The translations under genes were made by a program, and so were the position numbers. From Minisyncoccota bacterium (GTDB lineage Bacteria; Patescibacteriota; Minisyncoccia; Phycocordibacterales; JABAAK01), in assembly GCA_963668425.1 (NCBI GenBank), contig OY764332.1, positions 188,943 to 252,942 on the forward strand: 64,000 nucleotides of DNA, written 5' to 3'. This document shows positions 28,229 through 36,099 of the stretch, piece after piece. Numbering within the stretch: the stretch's first letter is position 1; each line of letters begins with the position of its first letter. The notes beneath the pieces were generated by a model that made no database searches, was not told where the DNA came from, and saw nothing but the letters and a program-made list of their open reading frames with translations.

Positions 28229-28969
28229 TTATAGGAATTTTTGTAAAAACTCTGGCGGCCCTATCTTACTGAAAACCGACAGATCTCCGATGAGGAAAAA
28301 TACCCCTAGCGCAATAAACAATAATCCGCCGATAATTCGCATGCTTGGGAGAAATTTTGGTATGTCTTGTAGCCGTTCAGCAGCTTTTGTGTATATGAGT
28401 GCAAGGATAGTGAGCGGTAGCATAATACCTAGAGCAAATGCAGATAATAGCAACATTCCTGTTATTGTTGACCCTGAACTTGCTGCTAATGTTAGTACGC
28501 CACCAAGTACTGGACCGATACATGGCGACCATCCGGCGGCAAATATTGCACCGATCAGCACAATGCCCCACCACGAATGTACCGAGAGTGCTTTCGGTAT
28601 TGGAAATGATTTATTGTTGAGCAACCTTTCTGGCAGTGGTACCGCACGTAATAATACCAGTCCGACAATGATAAAAAATATTGCCCCAACAATTATTACT
28701 ATCGGCTTTATTTCGTTGAATAGCGCCGTCGTCTCACTAAACTGCCCAAATAAGCCAGCAACGCCACCAAATATGGCGTATGTTATTGCAAAACCGATAA
28801 AAAACCAGGTTGTTGTGGTGAGTGTGTACGGGATGTTATTACTATCTTCATCGCCGATGATAAGCGCAATGTATCCTAACACCATCGGATATGTACATGG
28901 CAGAAAGACGGTGATAATTCCTGCAAATATGGTTACTGCAAAACTTATTAAGGATAATTGCTCTATCAT
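28229..28969 (-). CDS. ccdA: cytochrome c biogenesis / thiol-disulfide transporter CcdA (DsbD-family membrane core)
   Basis: Two conserved Cys-containing helices: FLPCTYPMVLGYIALI and GWSPCIGPVLGGVL. Six predicted TM segments. Confidence 0.85.
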   Translation of the reverse strand: MIEQLSLISFAVTIFAGIITVFLPCTYPMVLGYIALIIGDEDSNNIPYTLTTTTWFFIGFAITYAIFGGVAGLFGQFSETTALFNEIKPIVIIVGAIFFIIVGLVLLRAVPLPERLLNNKSFPIPKALSVHSWWGIVLIGAIFAAGWSPCIGPVLGGVLTLAASSGSTITGMLLLSAFALGIMLPLTILALIYTKAAERLQDIPKFLPSMRIIGGLLFIALGVFFLIGDLSVFSKIGPPEFLQKFL

Positions 28970-29676
28970 TGTATTGCCTTCAGCATATTTCGCACCTGGT
29001 CTACTGGCAGTGCACCTGGTATAGATTGTACTCCTTTGGTTTTTGTATTGACTAAGAATGATCCCGGCGTACCATTGACACCCATTTTCTGTGCATCTTG
29101 TATATCCTGTTCAACACTTCTTTGCTCATTACTATCTGTCGCGAGACAGCCGTCTATTTGCGCTTCAGAAATGCCAATATCCTGCGCAAGCGCTTTATAT
29201 GTTTCAAGATTTAAGGTGCTTGCAGCAAATACATTATTTGTGTATGTCCAGAATGCTTCCGATCCTCTGTGTGTTTTAACACATTCCCCAAGTACCGCAC
29301 CATCTTTGGCGGTTGCGTGAAATGGTAATGGTAGGTGTCGATATATCCATGTTACTTCCCCACTGTCTACTAGTGCCTGTGCTGTCTTGTGGAATTGTTG
29401 GCAGAACGGACATTCATAATCTGAATACTCTATCAATACTATATCTCCATTGCCCTGGGGTGCATCGCTGTCACGTATCGCTAATATGTTAAGATCCGGT
29501 GCTACTTGTGGCTCAGATGGCGCTACTTCTCCTCCTCCTCCACCTGCAGGAGGTGCTACTGCTACAGTTCCGCTTTTTCCATGCATTAGTCCAGCGTAGA
29601 AGACCGCTGCTATAGCAATGAGTACCGCAAAGGCAGTGATCATACTATTAGTGGTATTTTCTTTTTCTTTGTTCAT
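28966..29676 (-). CDS. DsbA-family thioredoxin-fold oxidoreductase (CPFC active site), membrane anchored
   Basis: N-terminal TM, G-rich linker, IEYSDYECPFCQQFH... 4-nt overlap with the ccdA start. Confidence 0.8.
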   Translation of the reverse strand: MNKEKENTTNSMITAFAVLIAIAAVFYAGLMHGKSGTVAVAPPAGGGGGEVAPSEPQVAPDLNILAIRDSDAPQGNGDIVLIEYSDYECPFCQQFHKTAQALVDSGEVTWIYRHLPLPFHATAKDGAVLGECVKTHRGSEAFWTYTNNVFAASTLNLETYKALAQDIGISEAQIDGCLATDSNEQRSVEQDIQDAQKMGVNGTPGSFLVNTKTKGVQSIPGALPVDQVRNMLKAIQ

Positions 29677-29741
29677 ATTGTTTATGTATTATATAACTTA
29701 CTAAATAATTATGTCTATACTATACCATATTTTTAATGCGG

Positions 29742-30449
29742 TTATGGCCTTGCTTTTGCCACCAATACTTTCACCCGTTCCAAAAATTTGCTGTATTCGT
29801 TTGCGTATGAAATCCCAACTGGTCGATCTTTGTACACTACCACGATATATGGTGTTCCGCGAGAACCTAACCGCCACCCCTCACTGCTGTCCTCTTCTAT
29901 GCGATCACGCACTTTCATATCAGTTGCTATGCACTCCTGAAACTCCTGTGCATCCGCTCCGAGGTCAATCGCCTTGCTTTCCAACATTTTTGTATCGCTA
30001 ATATTTCTTTGATTTTTGTATACATATTGAGTAAATAGGAAAAAGGGTTCTTCACCGGCATGCTTTGCTACACATTCAGCAGCAACTGCCGCTTCAAATG
30101 CAGCTCCTTTTTTATGTGGATAGAGGTGCCGTGACACCAACATAATACCTTCTTCCCGTACAATTTTCTTAAAATTTTCCTGCATTGCCGCGCACATGAT
30201 ACAACCCAGGTCTGAGTACTCAATGAGTACTACGTCAGCATCAGCATCTCCTCGAACATGGTCAACAGAGCGGATATCTTGCATACCAACTACCGTGTGT
30301 TGTGAATCAACAATGCCGACACCTGCTGCAACGTGTTTTACTGAACGCAGTATCGGGTGCTCCACATATAGCAGCACTCCTATTACCATCACTATGGCAA
30401 TACCTATCACTACTCTCCGTCTGATATTCATACCTTGCTTGCTTTGCAT
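29742..30449 (-). CDS. DsbA-family thioredoxin-fold protein (CIMC active site), membrane anchored
   Basis: N-terminal TM VVIGIAIVMVIGVLLY, IEYSDLGCIMCAAMQENF... Confidence 0.75.
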   Translation of the reverse strand: MQSKQGMNIRRRVVIGIAIVMVIGVLLYVEHPILRSVKHVAAGVGIVDSQHTVVGMQDIRSVDHVRGDADADVVLIEYSDLGCIMCAAMQENFKKIVREEGIMLVSRHLYPHKKGAAFEAAVAAECVAKHAGEEPFFLFTQYVYKNQRNISDTKMLESKAIDLGADAQEFQECIATDMKVRDRIEEDSSEGWRLGSRGTPYIVVVYKDRPVGISYANEYSKFLERVKVLVAKARP

Positions 30450-30515
30450 ATAGTTATAGTATATCTTTATAAACTATCCCTCAGCATATCCCTCTTTGTG
30501 CTCTTGTGGCGATCT

Positions 30516-31634
30516 CTACCCTTCCAGAGCTCGTAGCGCTGCCCCCACTGCCACTGAAAACTCCGACCCGCTCTCTTTTAATGTCTCAGACAGCAGTGCT
30601 GGATGCCGCAGGCGCGCGAACGGGTTTGCTATCTCAACGCCGATTTTCGTTTTTGCTTTTACCTCCTCCAGCAGCCCTGTCATAGATGCACCACCTCCGG
30701 TTAGTATAACCTTAGAAACGGACTGATGATATCGCTGTTCAAAATCAATGATTGCATTATTTGCTTCTGTGAAAATTTCATCAACAATAAGTGCCATAGC
30801 ATGTCGTGTGTCCTTATCTTCTATCTTGAAACCAAACTCTCGTTTTCTGTGTTCTGCCTCTTTGAACGGTATGTTTTCTGTTCTTGCTATTGCCTGTGAA
30901 ATACTTTGTCCTCCTTGGTTGATAAAGAATGACCGAAGAATAATACCGTGTTCAACAACATACAACTTTGTGGATCGCGCCCCTATATCAATAATAATAA
31001 TCGGTAATCCACCATCATACACTGAAGAGCGCAATGTGCTGAATATCTCAATCTCAAAGTATTGCGTGTTTAGTTTTGTTTTGTTTAAAATATTTTTATG
31101 TTTGATGAGTTCGTGATTGTGAATGGCAATCAAAAGCACCTTTCGTTTATCGTCTTGTTGGCTAATGGGTGTAATATCATCTTCAAAAATAGGTGCGTTA
31201 TCTTTGCTCAGCAATGCTTGCGGCACCACAAACCAATCCAGTGATACATCTTCAAGTGGTACCGGTATATATCGTTTTGCTTCAAACGGAATTGTCTGTG
31301 CTATTTTTTCATCAGAGAGTGCTGGTACCTCAATAAGCGATATTAAACTGGAGTGAAATGGTATAGAAACACACGCCAATGATGTAGTAACTTTTGCTTC
31401 CTGTAATAATGCTGATAGCACAGTATATAAAACTTCTTCACTAGCGTTTGCGTGCTGTCCAATCTCCGCACCTTCAACATAGGGCCCTATTGCTAATGAT
31501 CCGTAGGTTTCCAGAACGGCAATTCCTTTTTCTTGTCGAATCTGTACTACCTTTATTGAGGATGATCCAATGTCTATCCCTATAACACTATGCTTTCCTC
31601 CCTTTAAGAATGAAAGAAATTTTGGTATTGGCAT
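30516..31634 (-). CDS. pilM: type IV pilus assembly protein PilM (actin-like ATPase fold)
   Basis: VIGIDIGSSSIKVVQI (phosphate-1) ...IIDIGARSTKLYVV... ILTGGGASMTGL. Confidence 0.8.
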   Translation of the reverse strand: MPIPKFLSFLKGGKHSVIGIDIGSSSIKVVQIRQEKGIAVLETYGSLAIGPYVEGAEIGQHANASEEVLYTVLSALLQEAKVTTSLACVSIPFHSSLISLIEVPALSDEKIAQTIPFEAKRYIPVPLEDVSLDWFVVPQALLSKDNAPIFEDDITPISQQDDKRKVLLIAIHNHELIKHKNILNKTKLNTQYFEIEIFSTLRSSVYDGGLPIIIIDIGARSTKLYVVEHGIILRSFFINQGGQSISQAIARTENIPFKEAEHRKREFGFKIEDKDTRHAMALIVDEIFTEANNAIIDFEQRYHQSVSKVILTGGGASMTGLLEEVKAKTKIGVEIANPFARLRHPALLSETLKESGSEFSVAVGAALRALEG

Positions 31635-31671
31635 TGTATTTAAAAGTATTTAGTATATAGTATACATCATA

Positions 31672-32331
31672 ATGACAGTAAAATATCGGCTCATTGCGTG
31701 TTTGAAGGTGTTGTTTGAGATAGTATTTCCGAAGAAAAAACACAGTGCCGCAGTAGAGAAACGAGGTGTTCTGATGATCACTCGTCAGAAAGAGCCAATA
31801 CAAAACAAGGGGCATTTTGCTTTGCTGTCGTACAATAGTGCTTCAGTGAAAGATTTCCTGTACGCGATAAAATATGAGCAGCACAGAGAGAGTATTGAAG
31901 TGGCAGCGGATATGTTGCGGGAATATATATACGATGAAATACAAGAGATGGAGGTGCTTCAGAAAATGCATTATGCGCTCTGTGCTATCCCAATAACGGA
32001 AGAACGAAAAGTGAGTAATGGCTATAACCACCTACATGTCATATTTGATGTACTTTATGCACATCTGTCGGACAGTACACTGCCCATACAGGACAAAAGG
32101 GATTTGCTCACATGGACACGGCAGGTCAATAGGCAAAGCAGGTTGCGAAATCGGTCCGATCGGTTCAAAAATGTGAGTGGTGCTATGGCTACAACTGATC
32201 AACTTTTTTCAAATACGATTTATTTTGTTATAGATGACATAACCACTACCGGTGCAACACTCGCTGAGGCTCGTCATGTACTTATCGCAAACGGTGCGCA
32301 TACTGTTATCACCCTTGCCCTTGCACATTAG
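31672..32331 (+). CDS. comF: ComF-family phosphoribosyltransferase-like competence protein
   Basis: C-terminal PRT motif YFVIDDITTTGATLAEARHVLIANGA. N-terminal ...LFEIVFPKK resembles the ComF start but lacks the usual Cys pairs. Confidence 0.8.
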   Translation: MTVKYRLIACLKVLFEIVFPKKKHSAAVEKRGVLMITRQKEPIQNKGHFALLSYNSASVKDFLYAIKYEQHRESIEVAADMLREYIYDEIQEMEVLQKMHYALCAIPITEERKVSNGYNHLHVIFDVLYAHLSDSTLPIQDKRDLLTWTRQVNRQSRLRNRSDRFKNVSGAMATTDQLFSNTIYFVIDDITTTGATLAEARHVLIANGAHTVITLALAH

Positions 32332-32432
32332 GCACCATATGAACATATAAATCCTGCATTTGTGTCGGTGTAGCGAATTTTCTCTGGTGCACAGACTAGA
32401 AAGACGATATCCATAGATTCAATGCGTGGCAT
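32328..32432 (-). CDS. possible small ORF (34 aa) with strong SD, downstream of pheT
   Basis: Below the ORF-track cutoff. Reverse strand AAAGGGAGGaacattgATG (GGGAGG 32445-32440, 7-nt spacer) then MPRIESMDIVFLVCAPEKIRYTDTNAGFICSYGA*. No homology recognised. Confidence 0.25.
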   Translation of the reverse strand: MPRIESMDIVFLVCAPEKIRYTDTNAGFICSYGA

Positions 32433-32497
32433 CAATGTTCCTCCCTTTACATTTTAGATTCTTTTAGCAGTATACAAAAAAGCAAAGAATAGGCAGC

Positions 32498-34825
32498 TCA
32501 TCGAACCTCATACCCATTTTGTTTTAACGCCTCATACACGATGTTCATCTGCTTGTTTACCACTTCGTCGTCAAGGGTTTTGCTGTCTGACTGAAACACC
32601 AAACGGAACGCGTGTGACTGCTTGCCATCTTTTTCAAATGAATCAAACAAGTTTATTTTTTGTAAGTAGTCCCCACCGCTCTTCTGTAGCAGTGCTTCAG
32701 TGTTTGTTACGCTTGCTCCATTTGGTACAAACACTGCCACATCCCGTAATATAAATGGATACTTTGATGGTGATACATATTGCACCGTGCTGATAGGCGA
32801 TATGGTGCTGTCAGGTTTATGTACTTGCACTTCTTCCAGAGCCACCTCCCATACCCCATTTTCAAAACTGCCGGGCATGCTTACTACTTGTCGTATCATC
32901 TTTTCAATAGTAGTTATATTTGCCTTTGCTCGTCCTACTGTTTCCTGAACCCCAAGCGCAAGGTGCACTTTTTCACCCTCTTCAGTAAATATGCTTCCGA
33001 TTTCTGCGATTTGTATTGTGTCCAAACCTACTAGTTCGCCATTGTATGCATTCTGTACTAATGCTCTTTCTATTCCTGGTCGCAGTGATGACCGCAAACA
33101 CCCTTTATCTTTTGCGACTGGATAGGAGACACATATCTTATCTTTCACACAAAATGATGAGGTCATCACCTCAGAAAACCCGATTTTTTGCAGCGCTCGC
33201 AACACTAAAAATCGTTTTGTATGTGTCTCGCTGCTCTTCGGGAAAAAACGATTACGTATTTGTATCCACATTGAATGCAACCCACCACCTGTGGGTGTAG
33301 TACTTGGTATTGCATCATATCCAAGTATACGCCCTACTTCTTCAATTACATCGTTTTCATCTTGTATATCAGGCCGTTCAACTGGAACAGTAACGGCAAA
33401 TCGTTTTTTATCATCCCAAATTTGTCCGAACCCGACAATATTTTCATCAGTAATTTTAGAAATCATGACTTTTTTACCCCCTTGGGCACCAATATATGAA
33501 TCAGTGTCAAGTAGGATACCGACGTGACTTATTCCTGCGTCACTCTTTCCTGGCAGTACTGGAAACCCTTCCTCAAACACACTTTCATTGCGTGTAATTG
33601 CCTTTTTATCAGATGAAACAGAAAATACGATATCCCCTGGTTGTGGATCAGTGGTTGGTGTGGCAAAAAAGTACTGATTAATTGACATTCGTGGTATTGA
33701 CTTTCCCGCTTGCGCCGCACACCAGCATACAAATGAAGAGCAATCAAACGTGTCGGGGGCATCTCGAGAAACAGACGCACCCCATTTGTATGGTTTGCCG
33801 CTTTGTTTTTTTGCAGCTGTAATAAATTGTTTTCGTGGATCAACATATTCATATGAAAAACCGAGTCGATCCAGGACACTGGCAATTTCTTTTTGTGTGT
33901 AGGTGCTGCCAAGTAGATTATTTACTTCTGTTATTGAAACACCAGTTTTTCGTTGTTTCGGTAATGACACACGGTGGTGATCTACAGAGTTAATGATGGA
34001 GCCGTATGCACCAAACACCTCAGCCACTCGTTGTGCGGTATAGCCAATCACTACCGGAGGAAGTCCTTGCGAAAACCGTAGTGCGGCATCAGATGTGTGC
34101 CCTGTACGTCGCATTGTTCTTCGCACACTTACACTATCAAAAGAAGCGATTTCTATATATATATCTTTTGTGTTTTCATCTACTTTTGTCTTTTCTCCAC
34201 CTTTTATCCCAGCGAGTGCGATGGCACGATTGTCAGCCGCGTCAGCAATTACTACATCACCAACTTGCAATACTATCTCTTCATTGCCGAGTAGTACTAT
34301 CGTCTCTTCTTTTTGTGCCTGTCGCACTCTAAATTGTCCTGATGTTTTTTGTGCATCAAATGTGTGTATTGGTTGGCCAATGTCAAAAAGAATGTAATTT
34401 GATAAATCAACAATCGGATTGATGCATCGCTGTCCGATTGATTCAAGGTGTTTTTGTATTTCTGCCGGCGTCTCAGAAAGTGATATATTTTCAACTTTTA
34501 ATATTGTATATCTATCACATTTTTCTGTATGTATGTATTCTGCGGCACTGTTATATGAAAACTGTTCCTGAAAGTATTGCTTTTTGAGTGGTAGTGAAAA
34601 TATTGCTGCAATTTCTTTTGCAATACCGTAGTGTGCAAGGCAGTCAACAGATCGATCTGGCAGAATATCCAGTTCATACACCGCGTCATTACTGCCTGTT
34701 TTCCGCACTTCTTCTACTTCAAATGAGTGCTTTAGTAATTTTTCTGAAACCTCTTCTGGTGATGGCAATTGTTCATCAAAGAATGCTTGTAGCCATTGAT
34801 GGCTATATATACTTTTCATAGTCAA
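32498..34825 (-). CDS. pheT: phenylalanine--tRNA ligase beta subunit carrying an internal NlpC/P60-like insertion
   Basis: B1 (SHQWLQAFFDEQLPSPEEVSEKL), B3/4 (CINPIVDLSNYILFDIGQPIHTFD), B5 (ITEVNNLLGSTYTQKEIASVLDRLGF...FAVTVPVERPDIQDENDVIEEVGRILGYDAIPS), B6/7 and a C-terminal FDX-ACB-like domain. No OB-fold B2 domain is seen. Confidence 0.9.
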   Translation of the reverse strand: MTMKSIYSHQWLQAFFDEQLPSPEEVSEKLLKHSFEVEEVRKTGSNDAVYELDILPDRSVDCLAHYGIAKEIAAIFSLPLKKQYFQEQFSYNSAAEYIHTEKCDRYTILKVENISLSETPAEIQKHLESIGQRCINPIVDLSNYILFDIGQPIHTFDAQKTSGQFRVRQAQKEETIVLLGNEEIVLQVGDVVIADAADNRAIALAGIKGGEKTKVDENTKDIYIEIASFDSVSVRRTMRRTGHTSDAALRFSQGLPPVVIGYTAQRVAEVFGAYGSIINSVDHHRVSLPKQRKTGVSITEVNNLLGSTYTQKEIASVLDRLGFSYEYVDPRKQFITAAKKQSGKPYKWGASVSRDAPDTFDCSSFVCWCAAQAGKSIPRMSINQYFFATPTTDPQPGDIVFSVSSDKKAITRNESVFEEGFPVLPGKSDAGISHVGILLDTDSYIGAQGGKKVMISKITDENIVGFGQIWDDKKRFAVTVPVERPDIQDENDVIEEVGRILGYDAIPSTTPTGGGLHSMWIQIRNRFFPKSSETHTKRFLVLRALQKIGFSEVMTSSFCVKDKICVSYPVAKDKGCLRSSLRPGIERALVQNAYNGELVGLDTIQIAEIGSIFTEEGEKVHLALGVQETVGRAKANITTIEKMIRQVVSMPGSFENGVWEVALEEVQVHKPDSTISPISTVQYVSPSKYPFILRDVAVFVPNGASVTNTEALLQKSGGDYLQKINLFDSFEKDGKQSHAFRLVFQSDSKTLDDEVVNKQMNIVYEALKQNGYEVR
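33401..33841 (-). other. NlpC/P60 (C40 papain-like) domain inserted within the PheT B5 domain (residues ~329-475)
   Basis: GKPYKWGASVSRDAPDTFDCSSFVCWCAAQAGKSIPRMSINQYFFATPTTDPQPGDIVFSVS...ISHVGILLDTDSYIGAQGGKKVMISKI. The YxWG, DCSxF (catalytic Cys), PRxSxxQ, PGDxxF and SHVGI (catalytic His) elements appear in the canonical order. Confidence 0.75.
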
Positions 34826-35529
34826 AATTGAGTAACCAGTCGCATATCTCCTTTATACAGCAGTCGTACATCATCAACCGCATGTCGTAGCATTGCAATT
34901 CTGTCAACTCCCATACCAAATGCAAATCCGCGATATTTTTGTGAATCTATCCCAACTCGCGCAAGTACTTGTCGGTGTACCATTCCACATCCTAGTATCT
35001 CAAGCCACTTTTTGTCACTCTCCCGTTTCATATCCACTTCTAAGCTTGGTTCTGTAAACGGAAAGAAACTCGGACGGTACCGTATCTGCACCTTGTTGCC
35101 AAACAACTTTCGTAACAATACGCTGAGCACTCCTTTCATTTGTGCCAATGTTGCGTCTTCGGTAACACACAATCCCTCCACCTGATGAAATTGCACCTCA
35201 TGTGTTGCGTCAGTTGCTTCATTTCGAAATACCTTACCCGGTACCACTACTTGAATTGGTGGTTTGTGTTTTTCCATATATCGCACCTGCACTGGTGAAG
35301 TATGTGTCCGTAGTAATTTTTCTTCTTGCCCTTTAATCCAAAAGGTGTCCCACATCTCCTGTGCTGGATGCCCTTTGGGGATATTGAGTGCTTCAAAATT
35401 ATAATATGCTGTTTCTAGCTCAGGCCCTGAAGCAACTTCATACCCAAATCTCTTAAAAACACTCACAATTTCCTGCATCAGTGTTGAAATCGGATGCACG
35501 CTTCCGTATTTTTTTTTCCCGCCACTCAT
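34822..35529 (-). CDS. pheS: phenylalanine--tRNA ligase alpha subunit, catalytic core only (235 aa)
   Basis: HPISTLMQEIVSVFKRFGYEVASGPELETAYYNFEALNIPKGHPAQEMWDTFWI...FRNE...GFAFGMGVDRIAML. Lacks the N-terminal coiled-coil arm. 4-nt overlap with pheT. Confidence 0.9.
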   Translation of the reverse strand: MSGGKKKYGSVHPISTLMQEIVSVFKRFGYEVASGPELETAYYNFEALNIPKGHPAQEMWDTFWIKGQEEKLLRTHTSPVQVRYMEKHKPPIQVVVPGKVFRNEATDATHEVQFHQVEGLCVTEDATLAQMKGVLSVLLRKLFGNKVQIRYRPSFFPFTEPSLEVDMKRESDKKWLEILGCGMVHRQVLARVGIDSQKYRGFAFGMGVDRIAMLRHAVDDVRLLYKGDMRLVTQF

Positions 35530-35603
35530 GGCTCGTAGTATACCACATTACCCTTTCCTAAGATCTGTCATGTAGGACAGGCACATCTGTACTACTATAT
35601 AGT

Positions 35604-36071
35604 ATGGCAATTATTCTTTTGGAAAACGTCCGTAGTGTGTTGAATGTCGGTGGTGTGTTTCGAATTGCGGATGCTGTTGATGCAGAAACAGTTCTGTTGA
35701 TTGGTTATACTCCCGCACCAGTAGATAGGATGGGTCGGGAAAATAACAAGATTGCAAAAACCGCGCTTGGTGCGGAGCGATCTGTTTTATGGCAGCAGTA
35801 TGCAACAGCAAAAGATGCCCTTGATGCACACCCAAATCATACACCTGTAGTCGTGGAACAAACACCCACCTCTATTCTCTATACTGAACATTCTCCACTT
35901 GCAGATTCACTGTATATTTTCGGCAATGAAACAGAGGGTGTGTCATTTGCTATTCGTGATACTGTTTCAACGCATGTCCATCTTCCCATGCATGGCATTA
36001 AAGAGTCCCTTAACATTACAACTGTTACGGCAGTAATTCTCTATCACCACCTTGCTTACAAAAAAATATAA
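35604..36071 (+). CDS. SpoU/TrmH-family RNA 2'-O-methyltransferase
   Basis: IILLENVRSVLNVGGVFRIADAVDAETVLLIGY...LYIFGNETEGVS...LNITTVTAVILY (SPOUT motifs 1-3). Confidence 0.8.
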   Translation: MAIILLENVRSVLNVGGVFRIADAVDAETVLLIGYTPAPVDRMGRENNKIAKTALGAERSVLWQQYATAKDALDAHPNHTPVVVEQTPTSILYTEHSPLADSLYIFGNETEGVSFAIRDTVSTHVHLPMHGIKESLNITTVTAVILYHHLAYKKI

Positions 36072-36099
36072 GGGGTCGTTTAATTATAGGGAGTATGTT

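Noticed and set aside
28032-29024. 330-aa plus-strand ORF
   Set aside because: It is entirely antisense to ccdA and the neighbouring minus-strand genes, which have clear family motifs. It has a hydrophobic mirror-image composition and no RBS.
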